This document shows positions 63,223-64,000 of a DNA stretch of 64,000 nt, in pieces. The notes below the pieces were generated by a model, which saw only the letters and a program-made list of their open reading frames with translations, did no database searches and was not told the DNA's origin. The number at the start of each line of letters is the position of its first letter. Within the stretch, counting starts at the first letter, position 1. The stretch covers positions 163,618,001-163,682,000 of the forward strand of contig NC_042999.1 in NCBI RefSeq assembly GCF_006345805.1. Reading direction: 5' to 3'. This DNA is from Octopus sinensis (Eukaryota). A program made the position numbers and the translations under genes.

Positions 63223-64000
63223 ATGCTCAGAATAGGTAGTATAAATGTACGTGGCTTGGGGTCGCCTTGGAAACAAGGCTACCTGTTAAATGACATCAAG
63301 TCACTAAATCTGAATATCATAGCCATCAGTGAGACCAGACTCCACAGCTTGCGGGCACTCCAGCACATTTTCGGTACACATTTCAACATTTATTTTTCTC
63401 CGTGTCTACCGAGAATGGGCGGAGGTGGCACCGCGGTGCTTATCCGGAAGAGTCTGGATCTCAAAGTAAGAGCAAATTTCCTAGACCCGGGGGGTAGGCT
63501 GGTCGTTTTGGATGTCGATGGCAGCAATGAGTGTGCTTTTCGACTGATAGCAGTTTATGCTCCGTCCTTAACAGGCCGACCAGATTTCTTTCGACGTCTA
63601 GAGTCTTTCATGGGAACGTCTCGTCCTTTACTTTTAGTGGGGGATTGGAATGCCACCCTGGACACGCATCTAGACTACGTGGGCAGAGATAGCAATAGAA
63701 GGGGATGCAAATGCCTCAAAGACCTGCTCAGACGTTTCCAACTGTCTGACAGGTACCGACTGGACCACCCGAATGTGCCAATGTGGACATGGAGTAACCG
63801 CATCGGGTCGTCCAGATCATACTTAGATAGAGTATTCTGTAGGACAATAGATAAAAATAGTGTAGGTTGTCCACAATTTCATATAGTCAGTTACACAGAT
63901 CACAAGTTTGTGACTTGTACACTTGACTTAGATAAGACACATAGGCAGGGTCCTGGTTACTGGAAACTGAACGCGTCTTTTACAGCACGACAGGTTTACA
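63223..64000 (+). CDS. LINE ORF2, intact AP-endonuclease domain (runs off the window)
   Basis: Translated by hand and stop-free: MLRIGSINVRGL...AISETRL...VYAP...VGDWNA...SYLDRVF...SYTDHK...GPGYWKLNAS, typical L1/Tx1 APE motifs. Not in the ORF track, presumably because no stop is reached before the window ends. Confidence 0.92.
   Translation, partial: MLRIGSINVRGLGSPWKQGYLLNDIKSLNLNIIAISETRLHSLRALQHIFGTHFNIYFSPCLPRMGGGGTAVLIRKSLDLKVRANFLDPGGRLVVLDVDGSNECAFRLIAVYAPSLTGRPDFFRRLESFMGTSRPLLLVGDWNATLDTHLDYVGRDSNRRGCKCLKDLLRRFQLSDRYRLDHPNVPMWTWSNRIGSSRSYLDRVFCRTIDKNSVGCPQFHIVSYTDHKFVTCTLDLDKTHRQGPGYWKLNASFTARQVY

Overview
Eukaryotic (animal) genomic DNA. The SINE families and the GC-rich, divergent rDNA suggest an octopus or other cephalopod; this is inferred from recall, not from a search. 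The window has four zones. (1) 1-15.5 kb: 3' end of a staufen gene (a dsRBD5 exon plus two frame-compatible candidate terminal exons), followed by TE debris (Helitron, tRNA-SINEs, Tc1/mariner, RTE LINE, piggyBac). (2) 15.5-43.3 kb: a ~28-kb array of a 132/134-bp AT-rich satellite. It has higher-order repeats, switches strand at ~27,990 through the monomer's own hairpin, and hosts duplicated copies of an ORF1-only (HAL1-like) retroelement. (3) 43.3-50.0 kb: a collapsed rDNA unit (spacer subrepeats, last ~90 nt of 18S, ITS1, 5.8S, three 28S pieces). It carries an internally deleted R2-A-type retrotransposon and ends in a permuted, diverged copy of the R2 target site. (4) 50-64 kb: microsatellite-rich DNA with three Dong/R4-type elements, many SINEs, a pogo-like MITE and the 5' half of a Tx1/L1-type LINE with an intact APE domain. 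The best leads are: the ORF1-only element together with a covarying 3' stem-loop shared with SINEs, the permuted R2 target copy, the R2-A element, and the hairpin-mediated satellite inversion. All alignments were done by eye, and coordinates of degenerate boundaries are approximate.
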